64,000 nucleotides of DNA from an uncultured Actinomycetota bacterium (GTDB lineage: Bacteria > Actinomycetota > Actinomycetes > Propionibacteriales > Propionibacteriaceae), in contig CAVXMD010000009.1 of NCBI GenBank assembly GCA_963762775.1, positions 2,897-66,896 on the forward strand, in the 5' to 3' direction. The notes under the pieces were generated by a model that was given only the letters and a program-made list of their open reading frames with translations, made no database searches and was not told where the DNA came from. Position numbers and translations under genes: made by a program. Each line of letters begins with the position of its first letter. The first letter of the stretch is position 1. Positions 10,192-18,294 of this stretch are shown one piece after another.

Positions 10192-11056
10192 TTAACCCGG
10201 CATCCGGATGCCACGGTCTGCGTAGGCAGGCAGAAAGGTTGCGAAGGCAGGATTTCCGCGACCTATACCGAAGCGGTTCAGTTCGTTGCCGCGGATCATC
10301 CACGGACCCGGGATAGAGTCGTCGGGTCCAATATAGAACCCGCACACGGCACCCTGAAAAGTGATGCCTGACGCAAAGAAGTCGTCGTTCACCAGATAAA
10401 GGCCGACATGTTCGTCGGCTCTGAACTGGTAGCCATTCGACCAGAAGTGCGCGCGGTGCAGGTGCACGACCTTGGGAGAGCACTCAAACTGAGCTCGCAC
10501 CTGACCCAGGCCGTCCCTGAACGTCAGGAGGGTGCCCTCGTTGGTGATGTCCCAGACTTGGGGGGAGACGCGTAGTTCGCCTCCCTTGATCAGTAGGTAG
10601 GGCCGGTTGTCTCGGTCGCACAGTCGTACGACCAGGCGAAGCCTCCCCGTCGGGGCCTCTTCTGACGCCGAAGACTGACCCTCCATCGACGTTGATCGCA
10701 TCAACACGGCGGCGCTCGGGTGGCAGGTCTGCGGTGAAGTGCATGCTTCCCGCCCCAAGTTCGAGCCGAGACAGCTCGTAGAAGTTGCCCGTTAAACCAC
10801 TCAGGTATCGGTCGGCGTTGTAAGGGGAGTCGGCCGCCCGACGAACCCTTGCCGATGAGAGCCGACCCGACGTCTTGTCCTGATGATGTGTCGGACACAG
10901 CAGGGCGAGATTGCTCGCCTCGTGCTGCTGAACGAGCGCGTAGTCGTCGATGTGGTCATAGTGATAGACGGGACAGCCACACAGCACGCAGCCAAAGAAA
11001 CTGGCCTGCCGCACCGCTCTCTTGATGGGTTCTGGAATTGCTGGCCGATCAGCCAT
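10192..11056 (-). pseudogene. HNH-nuclease-domain protein fused to a ~190 aa C-terminal domain of unknown family; one frameshift near 10640-10690
   Basis: MADRPAIPEPIKRAVRQASFFGCVLCGCPVYHYDHIDDYALVQQHEASNLALLCPTHHQDKTSGRLS is HNH-like (Cys pairs and His). The 10192..10758 frame continues RLVVRLCDRDNRPYLLIKGGELRVSPQVWDITNEGTLLTFRDGL...GIRMPG. TAA stop, many A/T-ending codons. Confidence 0.65.
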
Positions 11057-11161
11057 TGTTGACCGCTCTCTCCATGCACGCGACCGGTCGCCCCGAGCGC
11101 CTCGAATGATTCCACCACGCTGATGCTTGCGGATGGCGCGCGACCATGAGACGCTCTAACA

Positions 11162-11185
11162 CATAGGTCGAACGAACGACCTATG
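11162..11185. repeat. Perfect 9 bp inverted repeat CATAGGTCG-AACGAA-CGACCTATG at the right edge of the island
   Basis: Read directly from the sequence. It abuts the first retained codons of the downstream CMD fragment. Confidence 0.8.
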
Positions 11186-11503
11186 CCTCTACGACAACGA
11201 GATCAAGGAGAACCTGGCCGACCTAACCGAGCCGTTTGGGGAGGCGCTGCCGCGTTTTCTGACCGAGGACTGCTTCGGCGACGTCTACACCCGGTCCGGT
11301 CTGACCCTGGCCCAGCGCGAGCTGCTCGTGCTCTGCGCGCTCGCCGTCCTCGGGGACACGGCCGCCCAGCTCGGCCCGCACGGCCGGGCCTGCCTCCAGG
11401 TCGGCAACACCAAGACCGCCGTCGTGGCCGCGCTCGTGCACTGCTTCCCCTACATCGGGTTCCCGCGCGCCGTCGCGGCCATCCGCGCCGTCAAGGACCT
11501 CTG
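11186..11503 (+). pseudogene. CMD/AhpD-like family gene, 5'-truncated C-terminal fragment with no start codon
   Basis: The frame is open from the stop at 11157. YDNEIKENLADLTEPFGEALPRFLTEDCFGDVYTRSGLTLAQRELLVLCALAVLGDTAAQLGPHGRACLQVGNTKTAVVAALVHCFPYIGFPRAVAAIRAVKDL, TGA 11501-11503. There is no ATG/GTG/TTG upstream in frame, and the fragment is absent from the ORF track for that reason. Confidence 0.6.
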
Positions 11504-11540
11504 AGCCCGGGGGCCGGCCGCCGCACGACGACGGCCGTCG

Positions 11541-12455
11541 CTACGGGGTGCTGACCGCCTCGACGACGGCCGCGGCGGCGACGCGGTCCCGCGTGGCGGG
11601 GTCGACGTCCCCCGCGAACGGGGCGACCACCGCCCCGGCCGACCAGGCGACGGCGGCCCGGAGCCGGTCGGGCCAGGCGTCGTGGTGGCGCAGCCCGGCG
11701 GCCAGCGCGGCGACGCAGGCGTCGCCCGCCCCGGTCGGGTTGCCGGGGAGGCGTTCGGACGACCGGGCCCGGAGGGTCGCCTCCGGGGTCAGCGCCAGCA
11801 GGCCGTCGGGACCCAGCGACACGACGACCGCCCCGGCGCCCCGGTCGAGGAGGACTCGACCGGCGGCGACCGGGTCGTCCATCCCGGTGGTGGCGCGGAC
11901 CTCGGCCAGGTTCGGCTTGACCAGCGCCGCACCGGCGGCGGCCGCCGCGAGCAGGGCAGGGCCTTCGCAGTCGACGACGACGGGGACCCCGCCGGCCCGG
12001 CGGACCAGTGCGGCGTACGTGTCGGGGTCGAGGCCGGCGGGCAGGCTGCCGGAGCAGACGACGACCTCGGCGTCGGCGACCAGCGCGTCGTAGGTGGCCA
12101 GGAAGGTGGACCACTCGTCGGTCGTCACGGTCGGCCCGTGCTCGTTGAAGATCGTGGCGTCACCGGTGTCGGCGGCGACCACGGCAACGGTGCGTCGCGA
12201 CTCGGCCCCGATGACCGTGAACCGGTGCGGGACGCCCGCGGCGTCGAGGTCGAGCCCGATCTGCTCCCCGGTCGCCCCGCCGACCAGACCGGTCGCCAGG
12301 ACCGGCTCGCCGGCCCCGTGCAGCACGCGGGCGACGTTGACACCCTTGCCGCCGGCCCGGGCCGCCGCCTGGACGCGGTGCGAGCCGTGCGGCACCAGCG
12401 CGGGCACGGCGTACGTGACGTCGAGCGCGGCGTTGAGCGTGACGGTGAGGATCAC
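11541..12455 (-). CDS. PfkB-family sugar kinase (1-phosphofructokinase / hexose-phosphate kinase type)
   Basis: MILTVTLNAALDVTY...GGKGVNVARVL...VVSLGPDGLL...NPTGAGDACVAALAAG is the pfkB signature. Intact 304 aa ORF. Confidence 0.8.
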   Translation of the reverse strand: MILTVTLNAALDVTYAVPALVPHGSHRVQAAARAGGKGVNVARVLHGAGEPVLATGLVGGATGEQIGLDLDAAGVPHRFTVIGAESRRTVAVVAADTGDATIFNEHGPTVTTDEWSTFLATYDALVADAEVVVCSGSLPAGLDPDTYAALVRRAGGVPVVVDCEGPALLAAAAAGAALVKPNLAEVRATTGMDDPVAAGRVLLDRGAGAVVVSLGPDGLLALTPEATLRARSSERLPGNPTGAGDACVAALAAGLRHHDAWPDRLRAAVAWSAGAVVAPFAGDVDPATRDRVAAAAVVEAVSTP

Positions 12456-12528
12456 CCGCGTCCTTCCACGACGGCCGGGCGGCGGGAGCGGCGGGATCGG
12501 GCGGCGCGGCGGGAGCCGCAGGAGCGGT

Positions 12529-13473
12529 TCAGCCGAACGTCCGCCGGCCCCACGCGAGCTGGCGGGCCAGGCCCTCCTCGGTCGTGACCGTCGGCCGCCA
12601 GCCGATCAGCCCGGAGATCTTGTCCGTGCTCCCGCCGGTGCGGAAGACGTCGCCGGCGACCGGTCCGCCGTGCTCGATCCGCAGCGGGGCGCCGTTGAGA
12701 CCCTCGAGGGTGCTGAGGATCTCGTTGACCGTCACGTTCGAGCCGCCGGCCACGTTCAGCACGGTGCCGGGCGGCACCGGGTTCGACGCCGCGGCGATGT
12801 TCGCGGCCACGACGTCGTCGACGTAGGTGAAGTCGCGGATCTGCTCCCCGGTGCCGTAGATCGTGATGACCTCGTCGCGCACGGCGGCGCGCACGAAGCG
12901 GGTGAACGCCATGTCCGTGCGCTGGCCGGGACCGTAGACGGTGAAGTAGCGCAGCGAGACGGTCGGGACCCCGAAGTTCGCGGCGTAGAGCGAGCAGAGG
13001 TGCTCGGCCGCGAGCTTGGTCACCCCGTACGGGCTGAGCGGCTGCGGCCGGTCGTCCTCGGAGGTGGGGTAGCGCTCGGCGTTGCCGTAGACCGAGGAGG
13101 AGGAGGCGTAGACGAGTCGCGAGAGCCGCGGGCTGTCCTTGGCCGCCTCGAGCAGGCGCTGGGTGGCCTCGATGTTCTGGCGCACGTAGACGGCGAAGTC
13201 CCGGCCCCAGGACTTGCGGACGCCGGGCTGCCCGGCCTGGTGGAACACCCAGTCGACGTCGGCGAGCAGGGCGGGCAGGTCCGCGTCGTTCAGGTCGGCC
13301 CGGTGCAGGGTGAAGCGCTCGTCCGGGATCGAGGCGAGGTTGTTCTCCTTGATCGACACCTCGTAGTAGTCGGTCAGGGCGTCGACCCCGACGACCTCGT
13401 GGCCCTCGCTCAACAGCTGCTTCGCCAGCGTGCTGCCGACGAAGCCGGCGACACCGGTCACGAGTGCTCTCAC
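12529..13473 (-). CDS. NAD-dependent epimerase/dehydratase (extended SDR)
   Basis: VRALVTGVAGFVGSTLAKQLL is a Rossmann GxxGxxG. YASSSSVYG...SPYGVTKLAAE is the YxxxK. GTG 13473 is preceded by AGGAGGA at 6 nt; the longer ORF to 13620 is probably over-extended. Confidence 0.85.
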   Translation of the reverse strand: MRALVTGVAGFVGSTLAKQLLSEGHEVVGVDALTDYYEVSIKENNLASIPDERFTLHRADLNDADLPALLADVDWVFHQAGQPGVRKSWGRDFAVYVRQNIEATQRLLEAAKDSPRLSRLVYASSSSVYGNAERYPTSEDDRPQPLSPYGVTKLAAEHLCSLYAANFGVPTVSLRYFTVYGPGQRTDMAFTRFVRAAVRDEVITIYGTGEQIRDFTYVDDVVAANIAAASNPVPPGTVLNVAGGSNVTVNEILSTLEGLNGAPLRIEHGGPVAGDVFRTGGSTDKISGLIGWRPTVTTEEGLARQLAWGRRTFG

Positions 13474-13588
13474 GGTCGTCCTCCTGGGTGCGGCCGACTC
13501 CGTCGCGGCCAGCGTCGCGCCACCGTAACCGCCGGGCGGGCGTCGCCCCGGACGCGACACCCGGGTCCCGGTCGGCGAGGGTGGGGTC

Positions 13589-14158
13589 ATGGATGCTCCG
13601 CGACGCTGGACCCGCGCCACGGTCCGCGCGGACCTGTGGGTCGACCCTGCCGACGACCCGCGTGAGACCGGGACGAACCCGGTGGGGGAGCGGGAGACCC
13701 TCCTCGACTACCTGCGCGGCTACCGGCACACGCTGCGGATGAAGTGCGACGGGCTCGACGCCGAGCAGCTGGCCCGGCGCTCGGTGCCGCCGTCGACGAT
13801 GTCGCTGCTGGGGCTGGTCCGGCACCTGGGCGAGGTGGAGCTGGTCTGGGTGGCGCGGATGCGCGGTCTCGCGCTGGACAAGCCGTACAGCACGCCCGGG
13901 AACCGTGACGGCGACTTCGACGACGCGACGGCGGACCCGGCCCAGGTGGAGCACGCCTGGGCGACCTGGCGGGAGGGGTGCGCGGCGACCGACGCGCTCG
14001 TGGCGGCGACGCCGGACCTCGGAACCCTGGCCCTCGCGCCCGGCGACGGGGGTCTCGCCCTGCGCGAGGTGCTCGTGCACCTGGTCGAGGAGTACGCGCG
14101 CCACTGCGGCCACGCCGACCTCCTGCGCGAGTGCGTCGACGGCCGGGTCGGGCAGTGA
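13589..14158 (+). CDS. DinB-family (DUF664, mycothiol-transferase-like) protein
   Basis: GERETLLDYLRGYRHTLRMKCDGLDAEQLARRSVPPSTMSLLGLVRHLGEVE...HLVEEYARHCGHADLLRECVDG. Confidence 0.75.
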   Translation: MDAPRRWTRATVRADLWVDPADDPRETGTNPVGERETLLDYLRGYRHTLRMKCDGLDAEQLARRSVPPSTMSLLGLVRHLGEVELVWVARMRGLALDKPYSTPGNRDGDFDDATADPAQVEHAWATWREGCAATDALVAATPDLGTLALAPGDGGLALREVLVHLVEEYARHCGHADLLRECVDGRVGQ

Positions 14159-14179
14159 GGTCCTGACCCGCGTGCCCGG

Positions 14180-15385
14180 TCAGCCGGGGCGGGTCGTGGT
14201 GCGCAGCCCGCGCTCCACGGCGGCGGCGCAGGCGGCGCAGACGAGGGCGACGAGCACGAGCAGCCACGCCTCGGGCGCCACCGCGGTCAGCCCGGAGAGC
14301 ACCACGGGCAGCACGAAGCCCACGTAGATCAGCGAGTAGTAGACCCCGGTCGGACCTGCGACCCGGTCCGGGTCGGCGAGGGCCTGCGTCTCGACGAGCC
14401 CGGTCAGGATGCAGATCCCGTACGCCGCCCCGAGCAGCGCCGCCGCGAGCAGGGCGAGCACGACGGACCGCGTCCCGACGTCGAGGGCGAGCAGCAGCGT
14501 GGCCACCACGACGAGGCTGAGGCCGACGACGGCCTGCCGACCGCGCACGAGACGCCCGAGCCGCGGCACGAACGGCTGGACACCGGCCCCGAGGGTCAGC
14601 GTCACGACGGCGGCGAGGGCGGCGTACGCGATCCGGTAGGCGCCGGTGCGCTCGGCCACGAGGGCCGGGCCGACGACGAAGGCCAGCGCCGGCGCGCCGA
14701 ACACCCACGGGGCCATCGGGACGACGACGCGCAGGAACCGCGGCCGGCTGCCGGGCGGCAGCGGGAGCTCCTGGCGGAGCGGTCGTCGCGGCAGGGCCCC
14801 GGCGGGCCGGGTCTCGGGGGCCCGGGCGAGGGGTACGGCGGCGAGGAGCGAGAGCAGGACCTGCACGCCGTACGGCAGCAGGGTCGGGGCCGGACCCCAC
14901 TGGGCGAGGACGCCGCCGACCGCCGCGCCGACCCCGAACCCCACGGTGAGGGTGAGCGCCGCCCGGCGGGCCCGGACCGCGGGGACGGCCGCGGCCGACA
15001 GCTCCTTGACCCACGTCGTGCCGGCCACCATGACCGCCGCGACGCTGACCCCGCTGACGAGCCGGCCGGCGCAGAGCGCGGCGGGGCTGGCGCTGCCGAG
15101 GGCGAGCACGACGCTGCCGACGACGCCGAGCACGAGGGCGGCGACCACGAGCGGGCGCCGGCCGAAGCGGTCCGAGAGCGGCCCGGTCAGCAGGAAGCCC
15201 GGCACCAGCCCGAGGATGTAGGAGGCGAAGAAGAGGTCGACCTCGACGGCGCTGTACCGCTCGACCTCGCGGTAGAGCAGGAGCAGCGGGGAGAAGTGGT
15301 TGCCGCCCCACGCCACCGTGAACATGGCGGGGGCGACCCGGCGCCAGACCGTGCCGGGCGCAGCTCCGGCGGCCCGGTCGCTCAT
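14180..15385 (-). CDS. MFS transporter
   Basis: A multi-TM hydrophobic protein starting MSDRAAGAAPGTVWRRVAPAMFTVAWGGNHFSPLLLLY, with the motif GPLSDRFGRRP. Its ATG overlaps the upstream stop (ATGA at 15382-15385). Confidence 0.8.
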   Translation of the reverse strand: MSDRAAGAAPGTVWRRVAPAMFTVAWGGNHFSPLLLLYREVERYSAVEVDLFFASYILGLVPGFLLTGPLSDRFGRRPLVVAALVLGVVGSVVLALGSASPAALCAGRLVSGVSVAAVMVAGTTWVKELSAAAVPAVRARRAALTLTVGFGVGAAVGGVLAQWGPAPTLLPYGVQVLLSLLAAVPLARAPETRPAGALPRRPLRQELPLPPGSRPRFLRVVVPMAPWVFGAPALAFVVGPALVAERTGAYRIAYAALAAVVTLTLGAGVQPFVPRLGRLVRGRQAVVGLSLVVVATLLLALDVGTRSVVLALLAAALLGAAYGICILTGLVETQALADPDRVAGPTGVYYSLIYVGFVLPVVLSGLTAVAPEAWLLVLVALVCAACAAAVERGLRTTTRPG

Positions 15386-15681
15386 CCGGCCTCCACCACG
15401 GGGACGGGCACCCAGCCGCGCAGGAAGGCGAGCACGTCCGCGGCCGGCATCTCGCACGGGCGCAGCACGGCGCCGGCGGCGGTGTGCCAGACGTTCGCGC
15501 TGACGAAGGCCGTGCCGCCCAGCCGCTCCGCGTACAGGGTCGTGGTCCCGCCCCCGGCGCGGTCCGTGCGGGTCAGGCCCCAGGTCGACCCGGCGTACGC
15601 GACCTCGCTCCAGCCGGGCGGGACGCGGCCCACGAGCGCGGCGAGGTCTGTGCTTCCGGCGGGCGCCGTCTCGGCCGTCAC
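15382..15681 (-). CDS. Hypothetical 99 aa protein, translationally coupled on both sides
   Basis: A GTG start overlaps the upstream TGA (GTGA at 15678-15681). VTAETAPAGSTDLAALVGRVPPGWSEVAYAGSTWGLTRTDRAGGGTTTLYAERLGGTAFVSANVWHTAAGAVLRPCEMPAADVLAFLRGWVPVPVVEAG. Confidence 0.5.
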   Translation of the reverse strand: MTAETAPAGSTDLAALVGRVPPGWSEVAYAGSTWGLTRTDRAGGGTTTLYAERLGGTAFVSANVWHTAAGAVLRPCEMPAADVLAFLRGWVPVPVVEAG

Positions 15682-16184
15682 TCGGCGCTCGTCGCGGTCC
15701 CGGTGTGCCCCTCGGCCTCCTCGAGCATCCCGTGGGCGCGGCGGGTGCGCACGACGGTGTTCACGGCGCAGAGCGCGACGAGCACGACGACCGCGACCGG
15801 CAGCACCCAGAGCGGCCACGCGTAGGCCTCGACGAGCTCGTAGGTCTCCTTGATCGCGATGAAGAAGGCCCCGGCGGCCACGAGGGCCCAGCCCGTCGCG
15901 ACGTTGCTGAAGTCGACGAAGCTCGCGACCTCGCCCGGCGTGAGGGTGTCGAAGACGGCCCTCCGGTACGCCCGCTGCCGGCGGCGCTGCTTGACGTAGG
16001 CCACCGGGGGCAGCAGCCACCACCAGGGCGAGAGCCGGGGCTGGGGACCGACCTCGTGCGCGGCCCGCTCGATGCCGCGGCGGTGGTCCTCCTCGTCGGC
16101 GAGCTCGACGGCGGCCTGGAAGAGCGGGCCGGCGACCAGCAGCCAGGCCCCGACGAAGCCCGACCACGCGATCAGCTCGTGCAC
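15678..16184 (-). CDS. Hypothetical membrane protein (168 aa)
   Basis: MHELIAWSGFVGAWLLVAGPLFQAAVELADEEDHRRG...WWWLLPPVAYV...WALVAAGAFFIAIKETYELVEAYAWPLWVLPVAVVVLVALCAV. Predicted TM helices and high GC3. Confidence 0.6.
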   Translation of the reverse strand: MHELIAWSGFVGAWLLVAGPLFQAAVELADEEDHRRGIERAAHEVGPQPRLSPWWWLLPPVAYVKQRRRQRAYRRAVFDTLTPGEVASFVDFSNVATGWALVAAGAFFIAIKETYELVEAYAWPLWVLPVAVVVLVALCAVNTVVRTRRAHGMLEEAEGHTGTATSAE

Positions 16185-16217
16185 GTGGTCACGCTAGCCG
16201 TCGCCGCCGGCCGCGGT

Positions 16218-16883
16218 TCAGCCGCGCGCCCAGGCGGTCACGTGCGCCGGGACCTCGAGGCCGGGCGTGAGGTCCGGGGCCGGCACGGGCGCGTCCGGCA
16301 CGGCGTTGCGGAGCGGCAGCACGCCGGCCCACCACGCCGAGGCGAGGTCCTCGGCGTCGTCACCGGGCGGGCCGGACCGGCTCTTGTACGACACCTCCGC
16401 GAGGTCGAGCCGCAGCACGGTGGTCGCCGCCAGCTCGCGGCGGTCCGCTCCGCGGACGTGCTCGGACCGGCCCGGCGCGACGGCCTCCACGAGGTGCCGG
16501 AGCGCCGACTCCTTCTCCGCCGGGTCACGCACGGGCGACGCCCGGCCGTGGACGACGACGCAACGGAAGTTCGCGGAGTGGTGGAAGGCCGACCGTGCGA
16601 GCACCAGTCCGTCGAGGTGCGTGACCGTGACGCAGACGTCGATCCCGTCGTCGAGCGCCTGCCGCATGGCGCGGGCGCCGGTCGAGCCGTGCAGGTAGAG
16701 CGTCTCGCCGACCCGGGCGTGCAGCTGGGGGAGCACGACGGGCTGCCCGTCCACGACGAAGCCGACGTGGCAGAGCACGGCCCCGTCGAGCGCTGCGTGC
16801 ACCGCCTCGCGGTCGTAGCCGACCCGCTCGCGGGAGCGCGACGGCGTCGTCCGGACGGTCGGGGGGTAGCTGTCGGTGGTCAT
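16218..16883 (-). CDS. Pyridoxamine 5'-phosphate oxidase-family (FMN-binding split barrel) protein
   Basis: MTTDSYPPTVRTTPSRSRERVGYDREAVHAALDGAVLCHVGFVVDGQPVVLPQLHARVGETLYLHGSTGARAMR...FHHSANFRCVVVHG. Confidence 0.75.
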   Translation of the reverse strand: MTTDSYPPTVRTTPSRSRERVGYDREAVHAALDGAVLCHVGFVVDGQPVVLPQLHARVGETLYLHGSTGARAMRQALDDGIDVCVTVTHLDGLVLARSAFHHSANFRCVVVHGRASPVRDPAEKESALRHLVEAVAPGRSEHVRGADRRELAATTVLRLDLAEVSYKSRSGPPGDDAEDLASAWWAGVLPLRNAVPDAPVPAPDLTPGLEVPAHVTAWARG

Positions 16884-16916
16884 CGTCCCACTTTGATCTA
16901 GTACAATACTGATACT

Positions 16917-18236
16917 GTGACAGAACGATACCGACTGGCCGGGAGCACGGCAACCGAGATCGTCGCCTCCCTGGAGGCGGCGGTCCGCGACGGCGGGCTG
17001 GTGGCCGACGACCTCGTCCCGACCGTCCGGGCCCTCGCCGAGCAGCTCGGCGTCGCCCCGGGCACCGTGGCCAGCGCCTACCGCACGGCGGCGCAGCGCG
17101 GCCTGCTCGAGTCCCGCGGCCGGCACGGCACCCGGGTCCGGGCCCGGCCGGCGCTTCGCACCCGCAGCGCCGGCGCGCCGGTCCCGGACGGGGTCGTGGA
17201 CCTGGCCTCGGGGCAGCCGAGCCCGGCACTGCTGCCCACGCTCGACGGGCACCCGACCTGGGACGGGCCGGCCGCGGCGCCCGGCGTCCTCGTCCTCCCG
17301 GCGCTCGCGGAGCTGGCCCGGGCGCGGCTCGTCCCGGACGGCGTCGACGCCACCTCCCTGACCCTCGCCGGCGGTGGTCTCGACGGTGTCCGCCGGGTGC
17401 TGACCGCCCGGCTCGCCCCGGGCGACGCGGTCGCGGTGGAGGACCCCGGCTGGCCGAACCTGCTCGACCTCCTCGCCGCGTCCGGGCTGCGGGCCGTGCC
17501 CCTCGCGACGGACGCGTCCGGACCACGTCCCGCCGCGCTCGCCGCCGCCCTGTCCGACGGGGCCCGTGCGGTGGTCGTCACCTCCCGTGCCCAGAACCCG
17601 ACCGGCGCCTACGTCACCGCGGAGCGGGCGCAGGCGCTGCGCACGGTGCTGGCCGCGCACGCCGACGTCCTGGTGGTCGAGGACGACCACGCCGCCGAGC
17701 TGGCCCACGTCCCGCTGGCGAGCCTCGCGGGGTCGACGACGGCGTGGGCGTTCGTGCGCTCGTCGTCCAAGCCGTACGGGCCGGACCTGCGGCTCGCCGT
17801 GCTCGCGGGCGACGAGACGACGGTCGCGCGCGTCGAGGGGCAGCTGCGGGTGGGTTCGGGCTGGGTGAGCACCCTGCTGCAGCGGACGGCGCTCGCGCTG
17901 TGGTCCGACCCCGGCGTGGCCGAGGTCGTGGCGGCGGCGGCGGACGTGTACGACGCCCGCCGTACGGCGCTCCTCGACGGGCTCGCCGCGGCCGGGGTCC
18001 CCGGGCAGGGCGCGACCGGCCTGAACGTCTGGGTGCCCGTGCCCGACGAGACCCGCGTCGTCGCCGACCTCCTCGCCGCGGGCTGGGCCGTGGCCCCGGG
18101 GCGGCGCTTCCGGCAGAGCAGCGGCCCGGGCGTCCGGGTCACCGTCGGCGACCTGGCGCCCGACCGGGTCGGACGGTTCGTCGAGGTCCTCGCGGCGGCC
18201 GTCCGCGGCACGGAACCCGGACCACCCAGCACCTGA
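16917..18236 (+). CDS. MocR/PdxR-type regulator (GntR winged-helix fused to a class I aminotransferase-like domain)
   Basis: LVPTVRALAEQLGVAPGTVASAYRTAAQRGLLESRGRHGTRV is the GntR HTH. A ~330 aa aminotransferase fold follows, with SSSKPYGPDLRLAVL carrying the PLP lysine. It is divergent from the PNPOx-family gene. Confidence 0.8.
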   Translation: MTERYRLAGSTATEIVASLEAAVRDGGLVADDLVPTVRALAEQLGVAPGTVASAYRTAAQRGLLESRGRHGTRVRARPALRTRSAGAPVPDGVVDLASGQPSPALLPTLDGHPTWDGPAAAPGVLVLPALAELARARLVPDGVDATSLTLAGGGLDGVRRVLTARLAPGDAVAVEDPGWPNLLDLLAASGLRAVPLATDASGPRPAALAAALSDGARAVVVTSRAQNPTGAYVTAERAQALRTVLAAHADVLVVEDDHAAELAHVPLASLAGSTTAWAFVRSSSKPYGPDLRLAVLAGDETTVARVEGQLRVGSGWVSTLLQRTALALWSDPGVAEVVAAAADVYDARRTALLDGLAAAGVPGQGATGLNVWVPVPDETRVVADLLAAGWAVAPGRRFRQSSGPGVRVTVGDLAPDRVGRFVEVLAAAVRGTEPGPPST

Positions 18237-18294
18237 CGGCGACCGGCCTGGTGTCCTGGACCACCATCGCCGACCGGTCCCCCGGGAGTGAGCA

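Larger units (their letters stand above)
6451..11185. mobile_element. Degraded prophage-like genomic island with no integrase in view, bounded by two truncated CMD-family gene fragments
   Basis: It contains a phage-type DnaB helicase and small overlapping (ATGA/GTGA-coupled) phage-like genes on the plus strand. These are flanked by two visibly AT-richer minus-strand cargo genes, one of which uses a TAA stop. The flanking CMD genes are truncated exactly at both edges. Confidence 0.6.

Noticed and set aside
6432-11398. A shared 11 nt string GCCTGCCTCCA, in frame as A-C-L in both CMD fragments (6432-6442 and 11388-11398), as a possible att core of the island.
   Set aside because: In a protein alignment the two occurrences are not homologous positions: LACLHG aligns with LAVLGD, about 15 residues before RACLQ. 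The right-hand copy lies ~200 bp inside the retained CMD fragment, not at the composition/homology breakpoint. It is most likely coincidence in GC-rich paralogous sequence.
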